Positions 21,746 to 31,148 of a DNA stretch of 64,000 nt are shown one piece after another. Source of the DNA: an uncultured delta proteobacterium (GTDB taxonomy: Bacteria > Desulfobacterota > Binatia > Binatales > Binataceae); NCBI GenBank assembly GCA_963711565.1, contig CAVQEQ010000004.1, positions 928,001 to 992,000 of the forward strand, read 5' to 3'. Position 1 is the stretch's first letter. Every line of letters starts with the position of its first letter. A program made the translations under genes and the position numbers. The notes under the pieces are model-generated. The model saw only the letters and a list, made by a program, of their open reading frames with translations. It did no database searches and was not told the origin of the DNA.

Positions 21746-22918
21746 CTAGTGCGGCAGTTGCATAGAATGCTGCGTGTCGCTGTCCGGCGCTGGTTGCGCG
21801 GGCGGCGGCGATTCGGGCGCCATCTGGAGCGTCTCGTTGGGGAGAGTCTGGCCGTTTTTCTGGTAGTGCTGCTGCACTATCGAGGAGAGCAGCGGTCCGC
21901 TGCCGTTGCCGAGGTCGATCGCTACTTCAACTGACAACCCCAGCCGCAGCGGCTTGTCATCGGGCACCGGGCCTTCGATCACAATCTTGACGGGCACGCG
22001 CTGCACGACCTTGACCCAGTTGCCGGTCGCATTCTCCGGCGGCAGCAGCGAGAACGCCGCGCCGGTCCCCATGCTGATCGAATCGACGTGCCCAGTGTAG
22101 GTGTAGCCGGGATAGATGTCGGCGACGATCTCCGCCTTCTGGCCGACGCGCACGTCGGTGAGCTGGGTCTCTTTGAAATTCGCGGTGACGTAGAGCTTGC
22201 CCAGCGGGACGATCGCCATCAGCGGTTCGCCCGCCTGCACGCGGTTGCCGGCGTGGGCAGTCTTATGTGTCACGACACCCGCGAACGGCGCCGTCAAACT
22301 GGTGTAGCCGAGGTCGAGCTTGGCCGCTTGCAGAGCCGCCTCGGCCTGCATCACGACCGGACGGTCGTAACGCGATTGATCGTCGGTTTGCGTTCCGAGC
22401 GCGGCCTGGGCCTGGGTCAACTGATGCTCCGCCAGCGATTCATCGGCCATCGCGATGCGCAGTCCGGTGTCGGCCTGATCGTATTGCTCGGCGGAGACCA
22501 CACCTTGTTCCTTCAACGACTTCGCGCGGTCGAAATCGATTTTTGCCTGCTTGAGCTGCGACTGTACCAGCGACACACCTGACCGCGCCGCCTGCACTCC
22601 CGCGTAGAGCTCGTCCACCGATTGCTTGGCGCGATCGAGCTGAGCCTGCGCTTGCTGGACCCTGACGTCGAAGTCGCGCTGATCGAGCGTCAACAGCAGC
22701 TGGCCTTCCTTAACCGTCCAGTTGTCCTCGACGTAAACGTTGGTGACCGTGCCGGCGACGCGCGAGGAAACCAGCGCCACGGTGCCGTCGACATAGGCGT
22801 CGTCGGTACCGACGTGGCCCTCGACGTACCGATAGTAGTGATAACCCGGAATCGCGGCGGCGGCGATCGCAATGATCACCGCTACCAACAGTACCCGGCG
22901 CACTAGCTGCGAGTTCAT
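21746..22918 (-). CDS. HlyD/EmrA family membrane-fusion protein
   Basis: N-terminal TM, TDDAYV, ANFKETQL, FSLLPPENATGNWVKVVQRVPV. Confidence 0.93.
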   Translation of the reverse strand: MNSQLVRRVLLVAVIIAIAAAAIPGYHYYRYVEGHVGTDDAYVDGTVALVSSRVAGTVTNVYVEDNWTVKEGQLLLTLDQRDFDVRVQQAQAQLDRAKQSVDELYAGVQAARSGVSLVQSQLKQAKIDFDRAKSLKEQGVVSAEQYDQADTGLRIAMADESLAEHQLTQAQAALGTQTDDQSRYDRPVVMQAEAALQAAKLDLGYTSLTAPFAGVVTHKTAHAGNRVQAGEPLMAIVPLGKLYVTANFKETQLTDVRVGQKAEIVADIYPGYTYTGHVDSISMGTGAAFSLLPPENATGNWVKVVQRVPVKIVIEGPVPDDKPLRLGLSVEVAIDLGNGSGPLLSSIVQQHYQKNGQTLPNETLQMAPESPPPAQPAPDSDTQHSMQLPH

Positions 22919-23084
22919 AGAATGATTTCAGGGACGGGAAGATCCAGGTGCGTTGCTCGAATAGCTCACTTGCTACAGAGGCTAAGTATGACGAATGCGG
23001 GAGGCTGTCAAACGTACTGGGACGATCGAACACTGCGAGCGCAATTCGCACCACTGCGAGCGCTGACCCGACGGGGCGTGCGGG

Positions 23085-23777
23085 TCAGGGCTCGCGGATC
23101 GTCGCGTTAGGACCCTTCATCACGGTCGCTACCACCTGGCCGGCGAGCGTCATGTTGGCGGTGAAAGTGCCGAAATCCTGGCTTCCGTAAAAGGTTGCGT
23201 CCACCTTTCCGTTCGGGTTGTCGAACAGGATCAACGTCGGCGCGCGCGCGTTGATTATGAATCCGGTGTCGATATCCTCGACCAGCGCCACGTAGCGCTT
23301 ATTAAGCGGACCACTGAGGAAGATTCGCAGATCCGGATCCGCCGGCGACGCGAGCGTGCTGAGGACGCCTCCGACCTGCACCGACACGCTGCCAAAAGGT
23401 GCGGTGGTGGATTGGAGAGAGGCCACGTGGGCACCGATGATTATTTCGACACTCAACAGGTTGCTGCTGGTGTTGGTTTTGGTCGCGACGATTCTGGCCG
23501 GCAGGATGTTGTTGCAGATTACGACGCCGAGCGGGGCGTTGCCCTGAAACGTCCACGACGATCGCGTGTCCGACACGGTCGCGGTAAATGGCGTGCCAAC
23601 GTCGCCGAGAATTTGGTACGCCGACAGCTTCGGTCCGTTGGGCGTATTGCCGACGCTACCGGAAAATCCGGTCTGGTTGTTGCAACCCGCGACTGCAAGG
23701 GCGAGCGCCGTCCCGACCGCGCTAATCGACAAAACGCGCACCATCCGCCGCATAGTTCTTTGCACCATCGCGCTCAT
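23085..23777 (-). CDS. Putative lipoprotein of unknown function
   Basis: Lipobox-like LAVAGC after a basic/hydrophobic leader. The ATG at 23777 overlaps the corrected stop of the upstream gene (ATGA). Confidence 0.7.
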   Translation of the reverse strand: MSAMVQRTMRRMVRVLSISAVGTALALAVAGCNNQTGFSGSVGNTPNGPKLSAYQILGDVGTPFTATVSDTRSSWTFQGNAPLGVVICNNILPARIVATKTNTSSNLLSVEIIIGAHVASLQSTTAPFGSVSVQVGGVLSTLASPADPDLRIFLSGPLNKRYVALVEDIDTGFIINARAPTLILFDNPNGKVDATFYGSQDFGTFTANMTLAGQVVATVMKGPNATIREP

Positions 23778-25947
23778 AGCTGCGGCGCAATCGCGTTGTT
23801 GCAGGTGGCCGGGCACGAGCCGTCGGGATTCGTACAGGTCGTCGGGCAAGTTACGTTGGGTGTCCCTGTCGCAGTAGGCGTCGGCCCGCCAGTCGCCGTC
23901 GCGGTTGGAGTTGGTCCTCCAGTCGGAGTCGCGCTCGGTGTCGGCGCGGCCCGTTGAATACCGGCGCCGGCGGAATCGTGACGGTCATGGCGTCGCCGTC
24001 AGGTGACGATGTAGGCATTGCGGTCGGTGTCACGTCCGGGTCGGGTGTCGGCAGTTGTTCCCTTTGTACCTGGTAAGTGTCGGCGGGGACACAGAACGAA
24101 TAGTTATTGCTCGCGCTCGGATTAGGCATCTGGTTCTGCACGATGCTGCTCATCAACTGCACGTTGTCTTTCGACAAAACCACCGACGTGCCGAGGTTGG
24201 GGTTGCTGACCACGCCTGTCATGCTGCCGTGACCGACGCAATCGATTTCCTGGTCATCGGGAAAAGTCGCCGTCGCTGTGCCGCATGCTGACAGCGGCCC
24301 GGTAACTCCTGACAACACCGCTACGGTGTGACCCGGATATGGATCGGATTTACCCTGGTACTGATCGATGGTCGTCGCGAACAGGTCGAACGTTCTGGGA
24401 AAAGGCATAGTCGGAACGTTCAGGGTAAAACTGAAAGTGCCGGGGGCCGAGCTCATCACATTGACCGGCATAGGCAGGGCACCTTCAATCGTGTTGGTCC
24501 CGCTGTCTTCAGCCAAAACCTCGACCAGCGTGCTCTGTCCCGAATTCGGCGGGATTATCGGGATACTGCCTGTGATGTACCCCGTTGTCATCGCCAGGTT
24601 GCACATGACGAAATCGGTGCTGGTGTTGCTTAGGGTGCATTTGCCGCCATTTTTCTTGCCGGTGGATGAACTCGGAGCTGCCTGGATCACTAAATTGTCG
24701 TAGCCCGGCGCGGTGACCTCCATCACATAGGCTCCGCTTTTGGGGAGCGTCGGAACGTTGTCGAACGCCGCGGGGATCGTGACCGTCCCCGGCAACGGGA
24801 AGTCGCCGGCGTTGTCGGTGTACGCCGATGCTACCGCGACGCATTGTTCTGGATTCTGCAGGCAGCTAGCCCCGTTGTTGCTGTTTGGTGGAATCAGCAA
24901 TTGCAGGGTCGCGCCCACGATCGGCCTCCCGGTGCAACTGTCGGTAACTTGACCCGTGACATCGCCCAGCGTTTGGCTCCCGGTGACCGTGAAGTTGGGG
25001 GCGTTGCTGACTGGTTGCCCCGGATATAACGGCAGCAACCGCTCCGCCGCGTAGGTATTATCTCCGCCGGCCACCGCGAGGTCATACTGCGTTCCAAACC
25101 CGGGCGGTGCCGGGCCACCCGCCGCAGGAAGGAAGAGGGTGTACTGCCCGTTCTTTACCGGGGCGGTGGCAACCGAGGTGTTGGTTCCGATCGCCTCTGC
25201 CGTCACCGCCAACTTGCGGGTTTTGCCCGTGGTGCCGGAGCCCGTGCCCGGTTTGACGGTCACCGATCCCGTGACGATGCCCAGGGCTGAATTTGGAGCC
25301 GTCGCGCTTGGAACCGTGTTTATGGTGACTGTTACCAGGTACGCACCGCCGAACGTCGTCGGCGCTTGATTGACCACCATCTTCACTTGCAGGAGCAACT
25401 GCCCCAGTGTCCCATTTGACGGCGCGACCAGCCCGCCGGAACCGGTGCTCACCACGGTTATGACGTTGCCGTTGTTCAACGTGATCGGGTAATCGATGCA
25501 GCCATCGGCGCGGACTCCGACCGGCGGCGATTGCGGACAGGTGGGGATCAAGAAGCCGGGATTGGTCGGGTCGAGCAGGATCTCGGCGACGCGGTAGGTA
25601 TCGGGCCGCACATCAGCGGTGTTGAAGAGCTGCGGTATGTTTTGCGAGGCGTTCAGATCAATCTGCAGCTCGGCGCGTTGGTCATTGCCTCCAATCCCCG
25701 GCGGCGTCGGGATGGTCTGCCATCGGCCGCTGCCCGGGCCCGCCTTCCCATTGGAATTGATCCGAACCGCCTGCACATTGAGCAGCACGTTTTGAAAACC
25801 CGGCGGCGGCGTGCCAACAAATCCGACTTCGACCGGCGCATTCTTGCTGGCTCGGGCCGTCCCGGCTGCGGCCGGCAGCAGGCAAATTACGATAACGAAA
25901 GGTAGACTCAGGCGGCGAGCAACATGATGCACAAAAAAATCTTTCAC
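23774..25947 (-). CDS. Large secreted beta-rich protein (DUF4382-like N-terminus, carboxypeptidase-regulatory-like repeats, Pro/Thr linker, Cys-rich tail) with an apparent 1-nt deletion near 23950
   Basis: Signal peptide, GDVTGQVTDSCTGRPIVGATL, AYTDNAGDF, VTAPGY. After ...PVFNGP the sensible sequence continues in another frame as APTPSATPTGGPTPTATATGGPTPTATGTPNVTCPTTCTNPDGSCPATCNNAIAPQL*. Confidence 0.7.
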
Positions 25948-26096
25948 TCGGAATCCATCAATGAAGAATTCGGTCAGCGTTTGGGATAACCTAACGGCTG
26001 TGCGAAGGCAAGAATACGTTGGCTCATTTGAACGTCCAATTAATCACGGAGCTTGACTGATCGCCTTCCCGATCCGGAGAATTACCGCTGCCATCG

Positions 26097-27740
26097 ATGA
26101 ACTCCTCCAATCGAAACGTCCGTCGCTGTCTGTTTACGCTCTTGCTCCTGTTCGGTTTCGCTTTTCGAGTGACAACCGCCGCCGCCAGTTTGAAAATCAC
26201 CACAGGTAATCCCGGCCTCGAGCATTTCGACACCGACGGCGGCGTCCAGCTCGACTTCGGACTCACCGACGAAAACGGCAACCCCGTCGGCAACCTTCGT
26301 CCCGACAACGTGAAAGTCTTCGAGGATGGCAAGGAAGCCAAGATCATCGATTTTCGCGGCGTCGGCCAGGGCCGCCCCACCGACATCGTCTTCGTCATCG
26401 ACGTGACCGAATCGATGCAGCCTTATATCGACGCGATCAAGCAGAACATGATCGCCTTCGCCCACGACCTCGCGGCGAACAACCGCGACTATCGCCTTGG
26501 CCTCGTCACCTTCGAGGATTACGTAGTTTCCCAGTATCCCGACTGCAATTGCGAATATCGCACCGCGCTGACGTCCGACGTGAACAAGTTCATCGGATGG
26601 GTGGGCACGTTGCATGCGGGCGGCGGCGGCGACATCCCCGAGGATCAGCTCGACGGGCTCGCCTATGCCTCGACCTTGCCGTTCCGCCCTGAAGCGCAAG
26701 CCATTCTGATCCTCATCACCGACGCTCCATGCCACAAAGCCGGAGACGGCCCCGACCGCAGCGGCGATCAGGCCTACCGCGACCATCATCCGGGCGACAA
26801 CGACGTGACCGAGATGACCGGCGACAAGGTCGCCGAGATGCTGAAGAAAAACGGGCTCACTCTGTACGCGGTGGTGCCGCCGCCGTTCATCGAGCCCGCG
26901 TACCAGCAAATCGTCGATGCGACCCACGGCCGTTCATACAATATCATCACCGAGGAGGGCCGCTTCTCATCGCTGGTACGCGAAATCGGACATTCCATCG
27001 CCACTGAGTACTCGCTGACTTATCGAACGCCGCGGCCGATCGAAGACGGCACCAATCGCAGCGTCCAACTGAAGATCGACTACAACAGCGAGTCTGGCGA
27101 GGCCGACACTGCGTACCAGGTGCGCGGCCTCGGCGGCGCCGCGATTAACGTGCCCGAGGATGAAGGCGCCACGGCCGGGGGAAACGAGACGGGTACTGGG
27201 CTCAAGCAATTCTCGTTCAATTGGTGGAACGGCGTTGTGCCGTTGATTGCGATCCTCGGCCTGTTCGGGCTGTCGCGAATGAGGTTCGGGCTCCCGGCCG
27301 ACGAACTGAAAGCAATCGTCGAGGCGCAGGGCGCTCCCTCGATACGGATGCCGTCCGCGCCGGCACCGGCGGCGCGCCCGATGCCGCGTGCGCCCGCCCG
27401 GCCGCCTCAATCGCCGATCACCGCGCCGCGCGGCGCGGGAAGTACTCAGGGCGCGCGGCTGGTCGCCGTCGATCGCATCGATCCGGTGCCGGCCGAATAT
27501 TCACTGATGAAGGACGAAATAACTATCGGCCGCGGCGAGGACAACAACGTCGTCATTCCGCACGCCAGCGTCTCACGCCAGCACGCGCGCCTGATGCGCC
27601 GCGACGGCGGCTTCGAGCTGATGGATCTGAACTCGACTAACGGCAGCTACGTGGACGATCGCCAGATCCACGGCTCCGCCTTCCTGAGCGCCGGCAGCCA
27701 GGTGCGCCTGGGAGATATCCGGTTTGTGCTGCAGTTGTAA
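26097..27740 (+). CDS. Membrane protein with a VWA domain and a C-terminal FHA domain
   Basis: Signal peptide, DIVFVIDVTESM (MIDAS-like), GGGDIPE, LITDAP, TM helix, Pro-rich linker, IGR...SVSRQHA...DLNSTNGS. Confidence 0.9.
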   Translation: MNSSNRNVRRCLFTLLLLFGFAFRVTTAAASLKITTGNPGLEHFDTDGGVQLDFGLTDENGNPVGNLRPDNVKVFEDGKEAKIIDFRGVGQGRPTDIVFVIDVTESMQPYIDAIKQNMIAFAHDLAANNRDYRLGLVTFEDYVVSQYPDCNCEYRTALTSDVNKFIGWVGTLHAGGGGDIPEDQLDGLAYASTLPFRPEAQAILILITDAPCHKAGDGPDRSGDQAYRDHHPGDNDVTEMTGDKVAEMLKKNGLTLYAVVPPPFIEPAYQQIVDATHGRSYNIITEEGRFSSLVREIGHSIATEYSLTYRTPRPIEDGTNRSVQLKIDYNSESGEADTAYQVRGLGGAAINVPEDEGATAGGNETGTGLKQFSFNWWNGVVPLIAILGLFGLSRMRFGLPADELKAIVEAQGAPSIRMPSAPAPAARPMPRAPARPPQSPITAPRGAGSTQGARLVAVDRIDPVPAEYSLMKDEITIGRGEDNNVVIPHASVSRQHARLMRRDGGFELMDLNSTNGSYVDDRQIHGSAFLSAGSQVRLGDIRFVLQL

Positions 27741-27753
27741 CCCCGGATTGCGG

Positions 27754-27978
27754 TCAGAGCAGCTTCACAAAGTCGCCCTCGGCAATGTTCGCCTGCTTCA
27801 GAATGGACCGCAGCACGTTCACGTTTAGGTCACGGCTCCCGTGGAAGGGAATGACGGCGCGGTGTCCGGTGGCGGGATTCTTGTAAATGCGATGGGAGCC
27901 GGTGCTGTGATGGAGCCGGAACCCGAGGCGCTCGAGGACGCGAATGACCTCTCGCGCCTTGAGGGCGGGAAGTCTCAT
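27754..27978 (-). CDS. hicA: HicA family toxin (mRNA interferase)
   Basis: 74 aa; LERLGF...GSHRIY...IPFH...LRSILKQA. Confidence 0.92.
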   Translation of the reverse strand: MRLPALKAREVIRVLERLGFRLHHSTGSHRIYKNPATGHRAVIPFHGSRDLNVNVLRSILKQANIAEGDFVKLL

Positions 27979-28244
27979 GCACGAGCAAGCAACCTTACCG
28001 CCAGCCTTTCGGTCGTAGCGGCAGGTTGCTCGATCGGAATGTCCTCGCCATCTTTGGCCAGCGATTCGATCAGTCCGCGGATCGCATCGCGCGCCATCGC
28101 TCGCGCCTCCCGCAGAGTGTCCCCCTGCGTCGCGATTCCAAGGACCGGAACCGTCGCGACGTAGCCACCCTCCGGTGCGCGCTCAAACAGCACCGTATAG
28201 CGATAGGCCCTGGCGCGCAGTAGTTCTTTGTGCGGCTTGGTCAT
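27975..28244 (-). CDS. hicB: HicB family antitoxin, short form
   Basis: YTVLFE...GGYVATVPVL...TQGDTLREA...DAI...GEDIP; overlaps the hicA start (ATGA). Confidence 0.9.
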   Translation of the reverse strand: MTKPHKELLRARAYRYTVLFERAPEGGYVATVPVLGIATQGDTLREARAMARDAIRGLIESLAKDGEDIPIEQPAATTERLAVRLLARA

Positions 28245-28280
28245 CGCCTTCAGTCTATAAAGAAATCGGCCATCGTTAAA

Positions 28281-29648
28281 TCAGTGCCCCTCTCGTTCCA
28301 GCGCCTGCGGCGCGAAGAAGGCGTTGTCCACCGTGCCCATGTCGATATACCAGCATTCGTGATCGGGCGCGGTCGGTCCCGGCATATAGACGACCGTGCT
28401 GACTCCTGTCTGCAGATCCTCGTCCACCAGCCCCAACTGGAATATCCGCTTGTACGGGTAGATCGCGACTCTTGCGTCGGGGACCGGCCGGTCGCGAAAA
28501 GTGTTGAAGGTCGCGATTGTCTTCCACAGTTTGCCGTCGCGATCGTACTGATCCGACGCCGTGATGAACCATCCTTCCGAATCGATGTAGAAGATTCGCT
28601 TGGGGATCGTCATGTCGCGGCCCGGCTTCCCGTCCGCTTCGATCACGTACAGATGGCGCATCTCCCAGTCTTCCGGGCAAATCGTTTTGCCGCCGTCGAA
28701 CGGGCACTGCACTTCCGGCGAATGCTGTGCATGCACCGACGCGAGCATCTCCTTCTCTCCCAGGAAGCGGTAGGTGAAATCCTCGATCTTCGCCGAGAAC
28801 CCGAAATACGAATCCGGATCGAGCGTGTTCGCGTATGCACCGGCGCCTGAGCCTCCGCCGGCGCCGCCACCGCCGCCATACGATCCGCCACCGCCGCCGC
28901 CGCCTCCTCCTCCGCCAAATCCCGGCAGCGCCCCGATACTGTCCGAGAGCACGTCCACCGATTCACGCCGCAGCTTGCGCGTCTCCGGATTGTACACCCA
29001 TACGTTGTCGTCGATTTTGGGATCGATATGCCGCTGCCGCACCATCCCGTAGCCGCGCAACGACGACGGCTCCAGGAACGGATAGAAGGCGAACCGGTAT
29101 CGAATCCCGCTGGCGACGCCGTCGGGATCGGTCGGTATCGGCGGCACTTCGATGCGTCCGATATTGTTGTAGAACGCAAAGTGCCCCACCGTGTAGTAGC
29201 TCAGCGGCGTGCCGGTGCTGTGCTTGTCGAAGCTCGCAACCTCGGGAAAGCGCATATCGATATCGTCGCTGTACAGCGGCCGGTAGCTGAAATTCCACAT
29301 CACCTTGGTCGCCATCTGCGGATCGTTCGGATCGAGCAGCGGAAACGGCTGCCCCGCGGTGTAACCCTTCAGCGTGCCGTCGGGCAGGAGCTGCACTTGC
29401 GGCGAGTACTTCTCGGTCGCAACCTTGAATGGCGGCGGCCAATCGAGCTTGTCGCTTGGCACGATCCGAAGCTGCATGCCCTCCTGGACCAGTATGTAGT
29501 TGCCGGGGCTGAGCAGCTCGATGACCTTCTCCGCGTTGTCTTTGGTGATCACATCTCCCGGTTTGACCGCGGCATGCGCCGGCGTCAACCCGCAGATCAA
29601 TGTTGCGAGCAAGGTTCCAGTCACGATTCGAAGCGATGACAGTCTCAT
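28281..29648 (-). CDS. DUF1329 family exported protein (LolA-like fold)
   Basis: Signal peptide, KPGDVITKDN, GQPFP..DPNDP..ATKVMWN, DNVWVYNP..RKLRR, YDRDGKLWK. Confidence 0.85.
   Translation of the reverse strand: MRLSSLRIVTGTLLATLICGLTPAHAAVKPGDVITKDNAEKVIELLSPGNYILVQEGMQLRIVPSDKLDWPPPFKVATEKYSPQVQLLPDGTLKGYTAGQPFPLLDPNDPQMATKVMWNFSYRPLYSDDIDMRFPEVASFDKHSTGTPLSYYTVGHFAFYNNIGRIEVPPIPTDPDGVASGIRYRFAFYPFLEPSSLRGYGMVRQRHIDPKIDDNVWVYNPETRKLRRESVDVLSDSIGALPGFGGGGGGGGGGGSYGGGGGAGGGSGAGAYANTLDPDSYFGFSAKIEDFTYRFLGEKEMLASVHAQHSPEVQCPFDGGKTICPEDWEMRHLYVIEADGKPGRDMTIPKRIFYIDSEGWFITASDQYDRDGKLWKTIATFNTFRDRPVPDARVAIYPYKRIFQLGLVDEDLQTGVSTVVYMPGPTAPDHECWYIDMGTVDNAFFAPQALEREGH
28839..28917 (-). repeat. In-frame GGN triplet tract encoding a poly-Gly loop
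   Basis: Encodes GGGGGGGGGGGSYGGGGGAGGGSGAG. Confidence 0.85.
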
Positions 29649-29790
29649 GGGTCCTCCGATAGTGCGTCGGCGCAGGCCCGGCGCGTCGGCCGCAATCTTA
29701 CAGTAGTTAGGCTGGCGTCGAAAAGCTCCAGCTTGATCGCTCGCCGCCGCGCTCCCTATGATTCGGAAAAGATCGGCCGAGGTCACTCGC

Positions 29791-30237
29791 ATGAAAAAAA
29801 TGATTTCCAGGCTCGCCATTTTCGCGCTCGCGCTCGCGGCGGTCGTAACTATCGCGGACCGCGGCGACGCGCAGATGCACCCGATGATGCTCCCGCTCAC
29901 CACCACGATGGTCATTACCAAGCCCGCGCCCGGCGAGATCTACGGCGACAGGCAGGTGGTCACGATGGGTGTCGGCGCCAAGACCTACAAATTCGTGCTG
30001 AAGGATGCGTACGTCGATGATCCGCGAGGCATAGTCCATTGGCCCGACATCTGGCAGTTGGTCAGGCAATCCAGGCCCAACTTCAACGTCAGCGGCATCG
30101 ACGAGGACACCTTCGCCCAAATGAAGCCGGGCGACACCTTGACCGTGCGCGGGATGTTCTCCCCCAACAATCAGACCTACGAAGTAGTAGGCACAGAGCC
30201 GGGCGGCGGTCCCTCAGCCCCTGGCCAGCACTACTAG
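29791..30237 (+). CDS. Exported protein of unknown function, divergent from the DUF1329 gene
   Basis: Signal peptide MKKMISRLAIFALALAAVV, GAGG upstream, coding-like codon usage. Confidence 0.7.
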   Translation: MKKMISRLAIFALALAAVVTIADRGDAQMHPMMLPLTTTMVITKPAPGEIYGDRQVVTMGVGAKTYKFVLKDAYVDDPRGIVHWPDIWQLVRQSRPNFNVSGIDEDTFAQMKPGDTLTVRGMFSPNNQTYEVVGTEPGGGPSAPGQHY

Positions 30238-30275
30238 AGAATATGGAGAATTTGGAGGTTGGGAATCTTTCCTAG

Positions 30276-30522
30276 CCTCTCCTTGTCCGAGGAGAGGTCG
30301 GCGAAAGCCGCGGAGCGGTGTCGCCGGGAGAGGTGCAACGCGCGACAGCGCAGCCATCCCAACTCGTTTAAGCACAACTCACTGACACTCGTCTGCCGCC
30401 CAAACCGCAGCACCACTTTCTAACTTGCTACACAAGCAAGCGGTTGCTGCGACGGCGAGCGCTGCACCTCACCCGTCGCTCACCTTACGGCTCGCGTCGA
30501 CCTCTCCTCGGACAAGGAGAGG
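30276..30522. repeat. REPIN/MITE-like element with two inverted palindromic arms
   Basis: 30276-30300 is the exact reverse complement of 30498-30522 (25 bp). Each arm holds the hairpin CCTCTCCT-N6-AGGAGAGG. Looser inverted similarity continues inward to GAGGTGCA/TGCACCTC. Confidence 0.85.
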
Positions 30523-30552
30523 TCAGGATTGGATACTGGCAGTTCGCTCGAT

Positions 30553-31012
30553 CTAGCTACCCATAATCTCCGCCAGCTTGCTCTCCCGGTATTCAAAGAT
30601 CTGCGCGAGGCTCCGCTTGACGAACAGGTGATACGCAATCTCGCCCAGCGGCCCCAGGGGCATCGCATACTCGACGCGATCCTTCATCTCGGTCGCGCCT
30701 TTGCCGACGTCTTTGAAAGTATGGCTATGCCGCCATAACGCGTACGGCCCTTTCTCCTGGACGTTCAACAAACTTCTTTGGCGCCTCGACGATTTCGATT
30801 CGCGTCCGCCAATGTACCGGCACGCCATACAACCGAATCTGGTAGTCGATCACGGTCCCGGGATGCATCACTTCAGGCGGCGGCGCGAGAAACTTGAATT
30901 GCAGAAATTGCGGCGTAAGCCGCTGGAGGTTGTGCGAATCGGAGAAGAATTTGAAGGTCTCGGCGAGTGGCCGCGGCACGATCTGAGTGCGCTCGAGAAC
31001 ACGAACTTTCAT
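30553..31012 (-). pseudogene. SRPBCC family protein split by a +1 frameshift at 30764-30765 (probably a sequence error)
   Basis: N-half FFSDSHNLQRLTP...IDYQIRLYGVPVHWRTRI and C-half QEKGPYALWRHSHTF...MKDRVEYAMPLGPLG lie in different frames. Removing one base restores FVDVQEKGPY. Confidence 0.85.
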
Positions 31013-31148
31013 GCCTGTTGATCGTATTGGATTTACGATGGTGAGACACAGGCCAGCACGCGCAAAACAGCGCAAGTTGTGCGGCTATCTCCCCGTAGTG
31101 TAACTTTGTAGGCTCAAATCACCGCAAAAACGCCTCAAAATCGGGTAA

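Noticed and set aside
23851-23950. ORF-track C-terminus RRHRARLRLEDQLQ... and the extended N-terminus of 23085..23849
   Set aside because: Both are by-products of the frameshift; the alternative frame gives a coherent linker and an ATGA junction.
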